64,000 bases of DNA from Planctomycetota bacterium (GCA_022705325.1 JAKJER010000002.1:62891-126890), one strand, 5' to 3'. Shown: positions 1 through 10,217, numbered from the stretch's first letter. Notes: generated by a model not told the origin, from the letters alone. Program-made: numbers and translations.

Positions 1-1014
1 ATGCCGGCGGAGTTCGGCGACCTGATCCGCCATTTGCGGGCCCACGTGCCGAACATCGACCGGGCTGTGATCTCCGTCCACTGCCACAACGATCTGGGGA
101 TGGCCGTGGCCAACTCGCTCGCCGCGGTGCGGGCCGGGGCGGGGCAGGTCGAGTGCACCATCAACGGCCTGGGCGAGCGGGCGGGCAACGCCGCCTTGGA
201 GGAGATCGTGATGGCCATTCAGACCCGCCACGATTTCCTCAACGTGACCACCAACATCCGCACACAGAAGATCTACCCCACCAGCCGGCTCGTCGCGTCG
301 GTGACTGGGCTGAACATCCAGCGCAACAAGGCGGTCGTGGGCGAGAACGCTTTCGCCCACGAGTCCGGCATCCACCAGCACGGCATGCTGGCCCACCGGG
401 AGACCTACGAGATCATGTGCCCGGAGGACATCGGCGTGCCCTCCAGCAAGCTCGTGCTGGGCAAACACTCGGGGCGGCACGCCTTCAAGCAGCGGTGCGA
501 GGCCCTGGGCTACAGCCTCGGCGACAAGCAGATCGACCATGCCTTCGAGAAATTCAAAGTGCTGGCCGACAAGAAGAAGGACGTGTTCGACCGGGACATC
601 GAGGCCCTTATTGACGAGCAGATGGAACTGGTGACCGAGATGTGGACCTTCGGCGGGGTGCAGACGGTAGCCGGCTCGCAGACCACCCCGACGGCCACCG
701 TGGTGCTCCTGAGAGACAACCAACCGCATACCGACGCCGCCATCGGCGACGGGCCGGTGGACGCGGTCTACGAGGCCATCGGGCGGATTACCGGCATCCG
801 CCCGCGGCTGACCGACTACCAGCTCCGGGCGATCACGTCCGGCAAGGACGCCCAGGGCGAGGTGACCATCGAGGTCGAGCTGGACGGTAAGCGTTTCCGC
901 ACCCGCGGGGTGTCCACGGACATCGTCGAGGCCTCCGCTCGGGCCTTCCTGGCGGCGGTCAATCGGGCCGCGATGAGCGCCAACCACGTGCCGGACAAAC
1001 CGCCCCAGCCGTAA
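1..1014 (+). CDS. leuA: 2-isopropylmalate synthase, C-terminal 337 aa (5' truncated by window edge)
   Basis: Motifs [17 protein letters not shown] and [13 protein letters not shown] are typical of the LeuA/HMGL-like TIM barrel. A LeuA-type C-terminal regulatory domain follows. The ORF is open to position 1. Confidence 0.8.
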   Translation: MPAEFGDLIRHLRAHVPNIDRAVISVHCHNDLGMAVANSLAAVRAGAGQVECTINGLGERAGNAALEEIVMAIQTRHDFLNVTTNIRTQKIYPTSRLVASVTGLNIQRNKAVVGENAFAHESGIHQHGMLAHRETYEIMCPEDIGVPSSKLVLGKHSGRHAFKQRCEALGYSLGDKQIDHAFEKFKVLADKKKDVFDRDIEALIDEQMELVTEMWTFGGVQTVAGSQTTPTATVVLLRDNQPHTDAAIGDGPVDAVYEAIGRITGIRPRLTDYQLRAITSGKDAQGEVTIEVELDGKRFRTRGVSTDIVEASARAFLAAVNRAAMSANHVPDKPPQP

Positions 1015-1117
1015 GGACGGCGGATTGGGGACCTGGCTTCGGGCAGGTCCCCAATCCGAAATACGCCGTCGGAGCGTCTTGCCAATTGTCCCGCCGCCAC
1101 TATAATGGCGGCATCTT

Positions 1118-2665
1118 ATGCTCAGGTTCGAGGTCTACAACAACGGCGTGCCCGCCAAGGACATCGACCTGTCCGGAGCGTATGTCTTCGGACAGGACAT
1201 GATCCCCATCCGGGCCGACTTGGCAGCCGCCAACGGACAGGTGACCTGCATCAAGCGGGTGCCGGGCGCGTGCGGCCTGGCCCTGCTCTGGGACGCCGGG
1301 TCGGCGGGGCGGTTCATGCTGGCCACCACGCGACTGCCTGAGCGGAGCAAGCCCTACAATCTCAACCTCGAGCTGGCCCGGGCCCAGATGATGCGCATCG
1401 CCCAGAAACGCGAGGACTGGGGCCTGTTCGACTACGCCGACGCCGAGCACCTCAACCGCGAGTACGATGCCGTCCGGAAGAAATTCATCGCCGCCCTTCA
1501 AGCCCCCGACGCGGCCGGAGCGGCCGTCCTGGCGGACCAGGCGTTGGCGGACGGCGTCACCTTGGGCGAGAAGGTCGCCCTCTTCCACGCCGATATCTTC
1601 CTGAACCGGCGCAAGGCCAGCGGCGCCACCGTTACACGGACCAGCTTCGGCTGCGTGATCGACCTGTTCTCCACCACCGAGCCGTACCAGGAGCGGCTGA
1701 AAGAGACCTTCGACTTCATCAACATTCCCCTGCCGTGGAAGCACACCGAACCCAAGGAACGCATCTGCAAGTACACGCAGATCGATACCTGGATCAACTG
1801 GGGCGTGCGTCACCGCAAACCGATTCTGGCCGGGCCGCTTCTGTGCTTCGAGCCCAGCCACCTGCCCGAGTGGCTGTACATCTGGGAGAACGACTACGAG
1901 GCCCTGCGGGACATGATCTACGATCACGTCCAGCGGATCGTCAACCGCTACAAGCGACAGGTCGCCATCTGGAACGTCGTCAGCGGCATCCACGCCAATA
2001 ACAGCTTCAACCTGAACTTCGAGCAGCTCATGGAGCTGACGCGAATGACCTGCCTGCTGGTCAAGAAGCTCGCCCCGCAGGCGCAAGTGATGATCGAGCT
2101 GGTCTTGCCCTGGGGCGAGTACTACGCTCGCAACCAGCGGACCATTCCCCCCCTGATGTACGCGGACATGGCCGCCCAGAGCGGCATCAAGTTCGACGCC
2201 TTCGGCCTCAAGATGCTCATGGGCGTGCCGTTCGACGGCATGTACGTGCGCGACCTGATGCAGATCAGCTCGCTGCTGGACGAGTTCGTCTCGTTCAGCA
2301 AGTCCGTTCACGTCACCGCCTGCCAAGTCCCGTCGGACGTCACGCCCGACGCCTGGGACGCCTGGGGCGGGCAGGCCCCCGTGCCCAAGGCCGGTTTCTG
2401 GCACGCCCTGTGGTCCCAGCGCCTCCAGGCCGAGTGGGTCCAGGCCTTCTATCGAATCGCCATCTCCAAGCCTTTCATCGAGTCTATCTCGTGGCTGGAC
2501 CTGGCGGACTATGAAGGCCACTACTTGCCCCACGGGGGGCTCTGCCGCAACGACATGGACCCCAAGCTGGCTTACCGCGAGCTGCGCAACTTCAAGGCCA
2601 GCCTGGCCGCCGACACGCCGGCCATCCAGACCGTCGCGACCCGAATCGTCAAGAGTGAAGGGTAA
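1118..2665 (+). CDS. TIM-barrel glycoside-hydrolase-like protein (GH10-like motifs), 515 aa
   Basis: WNVVSG and MIELVLPWGEYY resemble the GH10 WDVVNE / ITELD strand motifs, but the acid/base Glu after NVV is absent. Codon usage looks coding. The antisense 620-aa ORF is a GC artifact. Confidence 0.5.
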   Translation: MLRFEVYNNGVPAKDIDLSGAYVFGQDMIPIRADLAAANGQVTCIKRVPGACGLALLWDAGSAGRFMLATTRLPERSKPYNLNLELARAQMMRIAQKREDWGLFDYADAEHLNREYDAVRKKFIAALQAPDAAGAAVLADQALADGVTLGEKVALFHADIFLNRRKASGATVTRTSFGCVIDLFSTTEPYQERLKETFDFINIPLPWKHTEPKERICKYTQIDTWINWGVRHRKPILAGPLLCFEPSHLPEWLYIWENDYEALRDMIYDHVQRIVNRYKRQVAIWNVVSGIHANNSFNLNFEQLMELTRMTCLLVKKLAPQAQVMIELVLPWGEYYARNQRTIPPLMYADMAAQSGIKFDAFGLKMLMGVPFDGMYVRDLMQISSLLDEFVSFSKSVHVTACQVPSDVTPDAWDAWGGQAPVPKAGFWHALWSQRLQAEWVQAFYRIAISKPFIESISWLDLADYEGHYLPHGGLCRNDMDPKLAYRELRNFKASLAADTPAIQTVATRIVKSEG

Positions 2666-3069
2666 TGAGCGAGCGGAACGTCCGCTTCGAATGGCAATGG
2701 CGGGGAGCAGACCTTGCCTGCTTGTGCGCTTTGACGGCCTTGGCCCTACTCGCCCTGGCCTTGCGGTGGCCGGGCCGCCAGTCCTGCCCAACCGGCGTAC
2801 CCAGCGTTGACCGGCTCCGTCTTCTGCAGATCGCCCAGCGACTGGACCCCAACGTGGAGTCCGCGGCTTCACTCCGGCGTCTGCCCATGATCGGCCCCGC
2901 CCGCGCTCGATCCATCGTCGCGTACCGCCAGGCTGCCGCCAGCCAACCCGCTTTCCGCACACCGGACGACCTGGAGGCCGTCAGCGGCATCGGCCCGGCC
3001 GTCATCTATCGCGCCAGGCCCTATCTCTGGCCCGGCCAGGCCCTGCTCGACGGGGAGGCGGACCGGTGA
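2665..3069 (+). CDS. ComEA-like helix-hairpin-helix DNA-binding protein, 134 aa
   Basis: Signal/TM N-terminus followed by LRRLPMIGPARARSIVAYRQ...FRTPDDLEAVSGIGPAVIYRARPYL, a tandem HhH pattern of the ComEA family. The start overlaps the upstream stop (TAATGA). Confidence 0.6.
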   Translation: MSERNVRFEWQWRGADLACLCALTALALLALALRWPGRQSCPTGVPSVDRLRLLQIAQRLDPNVESAASLRRLPMIGPARARSIVAYRQAAASQPAFRTPDDLEAVSGIGPAVIYRARPYLWPGQALLDGEADR

Positions 3070-3806
3070 AACGCCAGCGTTCCTACTCCCGTAAGGACTC
3101 GTACTATCACCTCACCCAGCGTCCGCTCAACTCGCTGGTCTTCGTCCTGCCCTTGCTGCTGATCTACCACGTGGGGGCTCTGTACTACCAGGACCAGCGC
3201 CTGCTGGTGCCCCGCTACGTGGATTGGTTCCTGGTGTACTTCGGGGCTCCGCGACAGGTGCTGGCGCCGCTGCTGATCCTGTCGGTCCTGGTGCTCCAGC
3301 ACCTGGCCCGCAAGGAGCCGTGGAAGGTCCACGGCTGGGTCCTGACGGGCACCCTGGCGGAGTCGCTGGCCCTGACCATTCCGCTGATCATCCTCGCCCG
3401 CGTCACCGGCTGGGTCTCGGTCATGTTCGCCCAGGTCTCCCAGCCCGCCTTGCCCCAGACGGGCATGCTCATGATCGCGTCCGTGGGCGCGGGGCTCTAC
3501 GAGGAATTCATTTTCCGCCTCGTCTACATCGCCTTGTTCATGCTGGTGGTGGTGGACGTGGCCGGGCTGCGAAAGGACCTGGCCGAGGTGCTGGCTGTGC
3601 TCAGTGGCGCGCTGATCTTTGCACTGTGCCACTTCTCCTGGGCCCAGATCAGCGGCGACGCCGCGTTCGACTGGTCGCGGTTCCTCTTCCTGCTGTTGGC
3701 CGGGGTGATCTGGGGAACGGTCTTTCTCGCCCGCGGCTACGGAGTGGCGGTAGGGTCCCATATCATGTGGGACATCTACGCCACCCTGGCCCACAATGCG
3801 GTCTGA
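3066..3806 (+). CDS. CPBP family intramembrane glutamic endopeptidase (CAAX protease-like), 246 aa
   Basis: Polytopic membrane protein carrying the EExxxR motif (LYEEFIFRL), FxxxH (FALCHF) and HxxxD (SHIMWD). Overlaps the previous gene by 4 nt. Confidence 0.75.
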   Translation: MKRQRSYSRKDSYYHLTQRPLNSLVFVLPLLLIYHVGALYYQDQRLLVPRYVDWFLVYFGAPRQVLAPLLILSVLVLQHLARKEPWKVHGWVLTGTLAESLALTIPLIILARVTGWVSVMFAQVSQPALPQTGMLMIASVGAGLYEEFIFRLVYIALFMLVVVDVAGLRKDLAEVLAVLSGALIFALCHFSWAQISGDAAFDWSRFLFLLLAGVIWGTVFLARGYGVAVGSHIMWDIYATLAHNAV

Positions 3807-3822
3807 CCGGTAGAGACGCCCA

Positions 3823-4896
3823 CTAAACGCTTCCGGCCCCAAACTCGCGGCATGCCTCGGCGTAGGCGTCGATATTCTCCAGCGGCACTTCCGGCTCGAG
3901 CACGTGGGTCGGGCTGATGATGAGTCCGCCGCTCTGCCCGTAGCGGTCGATGATCTCCCGCACGCGGGCGCGGACGTCACCGGGCTTGCCCCAGGGCATG
4001 GTGCTCTGCGTCCCCATCAGCCCGTCGAAGGTCAGCTGTCCGCCGAACCGCCTGTGCACCTCGTCCATGTCCAGGCACTCGGGTTGAAGGGGGTTAAGGA
4101 TGTCCAGACCCGCGTCGACCAGCTCGCCGATGATCGGCAGGATGTTCCCGTCGCTGTGGTACCAGATCCGCATCTGCGGGCGGGCGGACTTGATCTGGGC
4201 CCAGGTGACCCGCCAGCGGTCGTGGATCATCCGCCGCCAGGTGTCCGGGGCGAACATCATCGCACGCTGGTTGGCCACATCGTCGCCGCAGCGGATCAGG
4301 TCCGCTCCCGCCGCTGCCGCCTCGCGCGCCAGGATCCGGTCCTGCTCGGCCAGGCGCTGGAGGAGGCACTCCGCCCAGGCCGGCCGCTCGATCGTGTCGA
4401 GCAGGAACTGCTCGTAACCGCGAATCTGCCAGGCGTTCTCGTACATGTGCCCGATGAACACCGAGGCCACCCGCCCGGCCGCGTGGGCGGCTTCGACCTG
4501 CTCGCGCCAGCGGCCGAAGTCGCAGTTGCTGAAGTCGTCCAGCGGGTAATCCTCGATCTCCTTCAGGCTCGTCGCGTTCCGCAAGGGCGAGATATAGCCC
4601 CAGAAGTGATAGAACCCGCTGGGCTGCATGGCCACCCCGCGTTCGTCGAACGTGGTGCCCTCGGGCAGGTCCTGGCCTTCCCAGTAGGGGCTGTAGTCAA
4701 TGGGCTTGGCGCCCTCGCGGCGGGGGGGCTCCAGGTGCACGGGCGAGTAGAAGCCGTAGTGCTCGGCGATGTCGCCTCCGCCCACGTGCTCGCGGACGCG
4801 TCGCTCCAGGTCGGGCGTGAAGCTCGCGTAGTACAGGATGCGGTCGGGACGCTGGTGCGAAACGGTGGCGTGGAAGTTCTCCAGATCGGTAGACAT
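3823..4896 (-). CDS. Uroporphyrinogen decarboxylase (URO-D)/MtaA-like family protein, 357 aa
   Basis: Overall URO-D-like TIM-barrel pattern, with the conserved C-terminal region ...GGLIISPTHVLEPEVPLENIDAYAEA. ATG start at 4896. Confidence 0.6.
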   Translation of the reverse strand: MSTDLENFHATVSHQRPDRILYYASFTPDLERRVREHVGGGDIAEHYGFYSPVHLEPPRREGAKPIDYSPYWEGQDLPEGTTFDERGVAMQPSGFYHFWGYISPLRNATSLKEIEDYPLDDFSNCDFGRWREQVEAAHAAGRVASVFIGHMYENAWQIRGYEQFLLDTIERPAWAECLLQRLAEQDRILAREAAAAGADLIRCGDDVANQRAMMFAPDTWRRMIHDRWRVTWAQIKSARPQMRIWYHSDGNILPIIGELVDAGLDILNPLQPECLDMDEVHRRFGGQLTFDGLMGTQSTMPWGKPGDVRARVREIIDRYGQSGGLIISPTHVLEPEVPLENIDAYAEACREFGAGSV

Positions 4897-5130
4897 GCCA
4901 TGGAAGTAGTCGGTGGGCGAGGAGTTGTCAAGAGAGAATGACCGGCCAAGGGAGAATCCAGAAGAAGAAGGGACCAGCGGCTCAGGGTTTGACGAAGGCT
5001 TGTGGTTTTGCGGACACGGTCAAGTGCAAGCGCACGCCCGCGGCTTCGTTGAACTCATAGCGACAGCTACCGTGCTGGATGGTGAATGCCGACCACAGGA
5101 AGCTGACCGCTCAGAACGAAAGGACCCATC

Positions 5131-6579
5131 ATGTCCCACCTGACTCGACGTCAATTCCTGAATCGCTCCGCCCTGGCCGCCGTCACGGTTTCAGGGCCGT
5201 GGCTGGCCCCGTCACGCGTGCTGGGGGCAAACGATGAAATCCGCATCGCCGTCATCGGGTGCGGCGTCCGCGGGGCCGGATCGCACGTGCCGGAGTTCTC
5301 ACGTATCAAAGGGGTGAAGGTGGTGGCTGTCTGCGACCCTGACCGTACGCGGGCCGACGGCACGGCCAAGGGCATCAAGGCCAAGTACGGCAACGAATGC
5401 GACGCCGTCTACGACGTCCGAAAGCTCATGGAGCGCAAGGACCTGGACGTGATCAGCGTGGCGACGATGCAGTATTGGCACGCCCTGCCGACCATCTGGG
5501 CGTGCCAGACCGGGCGCCACGTCTACGTGGAGAAGCCGCTGTCCCACTTCATCTGGGAAGGCCGCCAGATGGTCAACGCGGCCCGGAAGTACAACCGCAT
5601 CGTCCAGGTGGGCACGCAGAACCGCTCCAACCGCGGCTATGAGGACCTGGGCAAGTGGCTCAAGGAAGGCGGCTTGGGCAAGATCCAGTACGTCACGTGC
5701 TGTGCGAACAAGCCCCGCAAGTCGATCGGCAAGCGGAGCGAGCCGCTGCCTATCCCCGAAACGCTCGACTACGAGTTGTGGTGCGGCCCGGCCCGCAAGG
5801 AGCCCATCTTTCGCGACCGCATCCAATACGATTGCAGCTTCACCTGGAATATGGGCGACGGCGAGTCGTGCAACCAGGGCGTGCACGAGATCGACATCGC
5901 CCGCTGGATCCTGGGCTACAAGACGCTGCCGCGCCGCACCATGTCCATCGGCGGCCGGTTTGTGTTCAACGACGCCGGCGACGTGCCCAACACGCAGATT
6001 CTGTTCTACGACTACGCCGATGTGCCCATCCTGTACGAGATCCACAACCTGCCCCGCGACAAGTCCTGCATGACCCCCCAGAAGTGGAATACCTTGCCTG
6101 ACATCCGCGGCATGCGGACCGGCGTGTGCGTCCAGTGCGAGGGCGGCTATACTCTCGGCACGACCGCCTATGACAAAGACGGCAAGAAGATCAAGTCCTT
6201 CAGCCGCGGCGAGAACCACTTCCAGAACTTCATCAACGCCGTCCGCAGCGGCAAGCGCGAGGAACTCAACGCCGATGTCGAGGAAGGGCATCTCTCCACG
6301 ATCATCACCCACGCCGGCAACGTGAGCTACCGCCTGGGCAAGCCTGCCAGTGCGGCCGAGCAGCGGAAGCAGATCGGCGAGACGCCCTGCATGGTCGAGA
6401 TGCACGAGCGGTTGATGAAGTACCTCAAAGGCATCGAGGTGGACCCGGACACGGCGATCCTCGGCCCCTGGCTGGAATGCGACGTCAAGAAGGAGTGCTT
6501 CAAGGGCGACGCGAAGGCCAATGAGATCGCCAAAGGCTGGTACCGTTCGCCGTTCACACTGGATGAAGTGAAAGTGTAG
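5131..6579 (+). CDS. Gfo/Idh/MocA family oxidoreductase with Tat signal peptide, 482 aa
   Basis: N-terminal RRQFL Tat motif followed by a hydrophobic stretch. Rossmann motif IAVIGCGVRG. EKP motif (VYVEKP). AAAGGA Shine-Dalgarno-like motif 7 nt upstream of the ATG. Confidence 0.8.
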   Translation: MSHLTRRQFLNRSALAAVTVSGPWLAPSRVLGANDEIRIAVIGCGVRGAGSHVPEFSRIKGVKVVAVCDPDRTRADGTAKGIKAKYGNECDAVYDVRKLMERKDLDVISVATMQYWHALPTIWACQTGRHVYVEKPLSHFIWEGRQMVNAARKYNRIVQVGTQNRSNRGYEDLGKWLKEGGLGKIQYVTCCANKPRKSIGKRSEPLPIPETLDYELWCGPARKEPIFRDRIQYDCSFTWNMGDGESCNQGVHEIDIARWILGYKTLPRRTMSIGGRFVFNDAGDVPNTQILFYDYADVPILYEIHNLPRDKSCMTPQKWNTLPDIRGMRTGVCVQCEGGYTLGTTAYDKDGKKIKSFSRGENHFQNFINAVRSGKREELNADVEEGHLSTIITHAGNVSYRLGKPASAAEQRKQIGETPCMVEMHERLMKYLKGIEVDPDTAILGPWLECDVKKECFKGDAKANEIAKGWYRSPFTLDEVKV

Positions 6580-6645
6580 ACGATAACTGACGGCCAGTGG
6601 ACAGGACCAACTGGCTGCCAACTGCCGGCTGCGGATCGTCAGCGG

Positions 6646-7839
6646 CTAATTCACTTCCAGAGCGTCCCGGTCCGGCAGGGCCGGGAAGGCTGCTGTCGGC
6701 AGGGTCTGGTACCAGAAGGCCACCGAAGCGACGTCGTCCTTGAGGGGCAGGTATCGCCCGCCGGACTTCCAGCCCAGTGCCTGGATGGTCACGCGGATGT
6801 CCTTGTCGAAGCGGATAGGGTCGGCGATGTGCCAGCGATAGAGTCCGAATCGCTGCTGCGACTGGTACACGCCGTCGGGGCGGATCACCTGGTGCAATCC
6901 CGCGTAGGGCGTGCAGAACTCCTGGTACTGTTTGGTCTGCTTGTTCTCAAAGTTGTACGAGCCGCAGAAGTAGTCCTCTGTGCCCGTCCCGCAGATAGTG
7001 GGAAACTCCTTGTCGTCGTCGAGATAGAACTTGATCTCGCCCTCGCCCCACCAGCCGGTGTTGTTGACGCCCCAGGCCATGTACGTGCCCACGTAGTGGC
7101 CCTTGCCCTTGACGCCGTCAAGGATGGTATAGACCTGCTTGGCCGGCAGAGGGTTGATCCGGCGGAACTGGGCGTGGAAGTAGGCGGCGTCTGCCGGCAC
7201 GTCAGTCAGCGTGTAGTTGACCTGGTAGTACAGGACCATCTGCTGGTCGGCGATATTGGTCATGGTGATGCGGGCCCGCTTGCGGAAGGGCATCTCCCAG
7301 TAGCAGTTGAACGCGCTGCCCGGATTGACGCAGACCGCAAGCGACTGAAGCGGCGTGAATTTGCACCATCCCATGCAGAAGAAGTCGCCCACCGGGCATT
7401 CGACGGAGGGGCTCTCCTGGTCGTCCCAGTACATCCGGAGGATGCTCTTGCGCCAGTCGCCGGTAGGGGTCATCCAGATCTGCTGAATGGCCCCGCTGCC
7501 CTTGATGTCGGCCAGCGTGAACGTCTTGCCGGCCGGGATGACCACGGACGGTGAGACCTTCCATCCCCGGCCCAGGTCGCGCGAGGGACCCTTGCCGGTG
7601 CCTTCGGTGGCCATGCCGCCGGCGCCCTTGTCGCCGGTGAAGTTCTCCGGGCTGATCGAGCGGCTCTGGGCGTTGGACAAGCGGTACAGGTTGCCCATGT
7701 TCATGCCCAGGCCGTTGAACGTGATCGCTCCCGGCGGAGGCGTGGACGAGGCGGGCGGGGCGTCCTGGGCAACCAGGCAGCCGCCCACGACAATGACGAA
7801 CCCGCACATGAGGGTCATACCGAGTACGGTTCTGTTCAT
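6646..7839 (-). CDS. DUF2961 (GH172-like) family protein, secreted, ~397 aa
   Basis: CGTGTEDYF and WYQ motifs are characteristic of DUF2961. The start is moved to the internal ATG at 7839 (MNRTVLGMTLMCGFVIVVGGCLVAQ signal peptide). The table ORF has a 46-aa non-signal leader. Confidence 0.65.
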   Translation of the reverse strand: MNRTVLGMTLMCGFVIVVGGCLVAQDAPPASSTPPPGAITFNGLGMNMGNLYRLSNAQSRSISPENFTGDKGAGGMATEGTGKGPSRDLGRGWKVSPSVVIPAGKTFTLADIKGSGAIQQIWMTPTGDWRKSILRMYWDDQESPSVECPVGDFFCMGWCKFTPLQSLAVCVNPGSAFNCYWEMPFRKRARITMTNIADQQMVLYYQVNYTLTDVPADAAYFHAQFRRINPLPAKQVYTILDGVKGKGHYVGTYMAWGVNNTGWWGEGEIKFYLDDDKEFPTICGTGTEDYFCGSYNFENKQTKQYQEFCTPYAGLHQVIRPDGVYQSQQRFGLYRWHIADPIRFDKDIRVTIQALGWKSGGRYLPLKDDVASVAFWYQTLPTAAFPALPDRDALEVN

Positions 7840-7889
7840 GAGTCTCTTCCTTTCGGGTCCGCGGGAACGCGGTGGTTGATGGTCGAAAG

Positions 7890-9212
7890 CTAGATCCCGA
7901 AGCCTTCCCGGTAGCTCTTTCGGATCAGGGGCTCCGCCTCGGGGGCGCTGGTGGCCTTCATGGCTGCCGAGTCCCACTCGATCCGCTTCTGGAGCCGCAC
8001 GGCCAGGTTACCCACCAGCAGGGCCTCGGTGTAGGGGCCGGAGTAGTCGAAACCGGCCTTGGCATCCGCGGGCTTGCGGTCCTTGCAGGCCCGGAGCCAC
8101 TCGGCCCGGTGTCCGATGGACCGCGGGATCGTCTTCTCGGGACGCTGGAAGTCCTTCATCTTGCTTTCCGGCACCAGACGCGGAGCGCCGGCCCAGCCGC
8201 CGCAAAGGATCACGCCCTTGTCGCCCACGAAGTAGATGCCGTTGTCGGCCAGATTGCGCTCCGGCTCGAGCTCTTGCGGGCGGGGGGGCATCTTCCCGCC
8301 GTCATACCAGATCACCTTCAGTGCGGGTTGGTCTCCCTTGGCGGCGAAGTGGTACGTGATGATCTGCCACGACGGGAACGATTCCTTCTTCAAGGGGCTG
8401 GTCTGGGCCTCGGCCGCCACGGGCGCGCCCAGGTCCAGGGCGTAGAAGGCAGGGTCCATGTTGTGGATGGCCATGTCGCCCATGGCCCCCGTGCCGAAAT
8501 CGAACCACCCGCGCCACGCCCGCGGGGCGTAGACCGGGTGGTAGGGGCGCATCGGGGCGGCGCCGATCCACAGGTTCCAGTCCAGTTCGGGCGGGACCGG
8601 CGGGGTGTCGGTGGGGCGCTCCAGGTCCTGCTTCCAGAATTTGCCCGGGCGGTCGGACCAGCAGTGAACCTCTCGCACCTTTCCGATGGCGCCGGCCTGG
8701 ATCCACTCGCGGGTGAGCCTCAGCCCCTCGCCCCCGTGCCCATTGTTGCCCATCTGCGTCACGAGGCCCGTTTCCTTGGCCACGCGAGCCATCACCCGGG
8801 CCTCGTGGATGGAGTGGGCCATGGGCTTCTCAACGTACACGTGCTTGCCGGCCCGCAGGGCGGCCAGGGTGATCGGGGCATGCATGTGGTCGGGCGTGGC
8901 AATGACCACCGCGTCGATGTCCTTGCGTTTGTCCAGCAGAATGCGGTAGTCCGTGAACAACTCGGCTTTCGGGTAGAGCTTGAAGGTGCGGGCGGCGTAC
9001 TTGTGATCCACGTCGCAGAGGGCGCCGACGTTCTCGCTGGCCCCCATCTCTCGCATGAGGCCCCCGCCTTGCCCGCCCACGCCGATCCCGGCCAGGTTGA
9101 GCTTTCCGCTGGGTGGAGTCTGCCCCTCCTTGCCCAGTACGCAAGAAGCGACTATGTGGAACGTGGCGGGCGCCGCAACAGCCCCGACCAGGAAGCGTCT
9201 ACGATCAATCAT
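7890..9212 (-). CDS. Gfo/Idh/MocA family oxidoreductase with Tat signal peptide, 441 aa
   Basis: The true start is probably the ATG at 9212 (MIDRRRFLVGAVAAPA, a Tat motif). Rossmann motif LAGIGVGGQGGG and VYVEKPMA motif present. The 186-aa upstream in-frame extension is Pro/Arg-rich and non-coding-like. Confidence 0.8.
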   Translation of the reverse strand: MIDRRRFLVGAVAAPATFHIVASCVLGKEGQTPPSGKLNLAGIGVGGQGGGLMREMGASENVGALCDVDHKYAARTFKLYPKAELFTDYRILLDKRKDIDAVVIATPDHMHAPITLAALRAGKHVYVEKPMAHSIHEARVMARVAKETGLVTQMGNNGHGGEGLRLTREWIQAGAIGKVREVHCWSDRPGKFWKQDLERPTDTPPVPPELDWNLWIGAAPMRPYHPVYAPRAWRGWFDFGTGAMGDMAIHNMDPAFYALDLGAPVAAEAQTSPLKKESFPSWQIITYHFAAKGDQPALKVIWYDGGKMPPRPQELEPERNLADNGIYFVGDKGVILCGGWAGAPRLVPESKMKDFQRPEKTIPRSIGHRAEWLRACKDRKPADAKAGFDYSGPYTEALLVGNLAVRLQKRIEWDSAAMKATSAPEAEPLIRKSYREGFGI

Positions 9213-9343
9213 GGCGTTCTCCGGAAGAAAAGGACCGCCACAGAGCACCTGCCTATCGGCGCGCACAGAGGGTACAAAACTCCCCTGTTCTTCTATGGCG
9301 GGGCCTATTCTGGGCTGTGGAGGGGCAGGTGTCAACGCCCTGG

Positions 9344-10102
9344 TCAGGCGTACACCGTGGGGCTTGGGTCTGCCTTGAAGGGGTTGGTCCGCACCACAAT
9401 GGAGAAGATGTATGGGTAGGTTTCCTGAAGATGGCGGCAGTAGGGCAGCCACTGGCAGATCAGGCGGGTGAAAGCCCGCTTGATGTCGCCGGCCAAGTGG
9501 TCCCGATCGGTGGAGGGCAGCTCGCGGAATCCGGAGCGGGCGGCCAGTTCCTCCATCAGGTGCGAGACGGCCCAGAGCAGGTCGGTGAAGTGCTCGTGTT
9601 CGAGCAGGTTCGGATTGGCCAGCAGCAGGACCAGCAGGTCGCGCTTGGACTGCAGCAGGGTCTTGAGGTGGTCCAGGTCGATGCGGTCCAGGTCGATCTT
9701 GATGGGGTATTGCCCGGCCTGGCCCTGGGCGGCCTTCCAGCGGGCGGCGTCCCAGTTTCCGGCCACGCACAGGTTGGGCCGGAGCGGGTCAAGATTGGCT
9801 ACGGCCGGGCTAAGCTCTCCCAGTAGCTGCGTGCCCAGTTCGCTGAAGAAGGTCCCGATGACCATGTTCATCTTGTGCAGCAGGCTGCGGCGCTCATAGG
9901 AGGCGAGGATCCGCTCCATGACCATGGCCACCACAACCACTTCGACCGGCAGGAAGGCAATGTCGCCAAACAGGTAGATGATCGTGTGGTGGGGATCGCG
10001 GAAGATCAGGACGTGGGCTATGTGCAGCACCACCGCCAAGGCCAGCAGGGCGACGGCGATCAGGACCAGCGTTCGGTGACGTTTGAACAAGCCATTCTGC
10101 AT
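9344..10102 (-). CDS. Hypothetical membrane-anchored protein, 252 aa
   Basis: One or two N-terminal TM helices, then a soluble domain with His-rich EHEHF and HxxE motifs. No family recognised. Codon usage is coding-like. Confidence 0.45.
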   Translation of the reverse strand: MQNGLFKRHRTLVLIAVALLALAVVLHIAHVLIFRDPHHTIIYLFGDIAFLPVEVVVVAMVMERILASYERRSLLHKMNMVIGTFFSELGTQLLGELSPAVANLDPLRPNLCVAGNWDAARWKAAQGQAGQYPIKIDLDRIDLDHLKTLLQSKRDLLVLLLANPNLLEHEHFTDLLWAVSHLMEELAARSGFRELPSTDRDHLAGDIKRAFTRLICQWLPYCRHLQETYPYIFSIVVRTNPFKADPSPTVYA

Positions 10103-10217
10103 GGATACTCCTCTTCAGCGGCTGCAGACTGCCTTACGACCAACCATTCTAGGCGCGGGACCGATGCTGGGGAAACGGCGTTTCCGCCGACACGGAGACA
10201 CGCCCGGCCTGAGGTAC

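Noticed and set aside
1100-2962. 620-aa minus-strand ORF antisense to the GH-like gene. Similar very long antisense or overlapping ORFs are at 7872-9419 (+), 10083-11312 (+), 11545-12747 (-), 15310-16752 (-), 19820-21148 (-), 24298-25563 (-), 27430-29517 (-), 40593-43010 (+), 48299-49675 (+), 50218-51546 (+), 55715-57808 (+) and 58127-60829 (-).
   Set aside because: Their composition is Arg/Pro/Gly/Ala-dominated, typical of stop-codon-poor alternate frames in about 65% GC DNA. They have no Shine-Dalgarno-like motifs and no recognisable domains. Each overlaps a frame with clear family motifs and coding-like codon usage.
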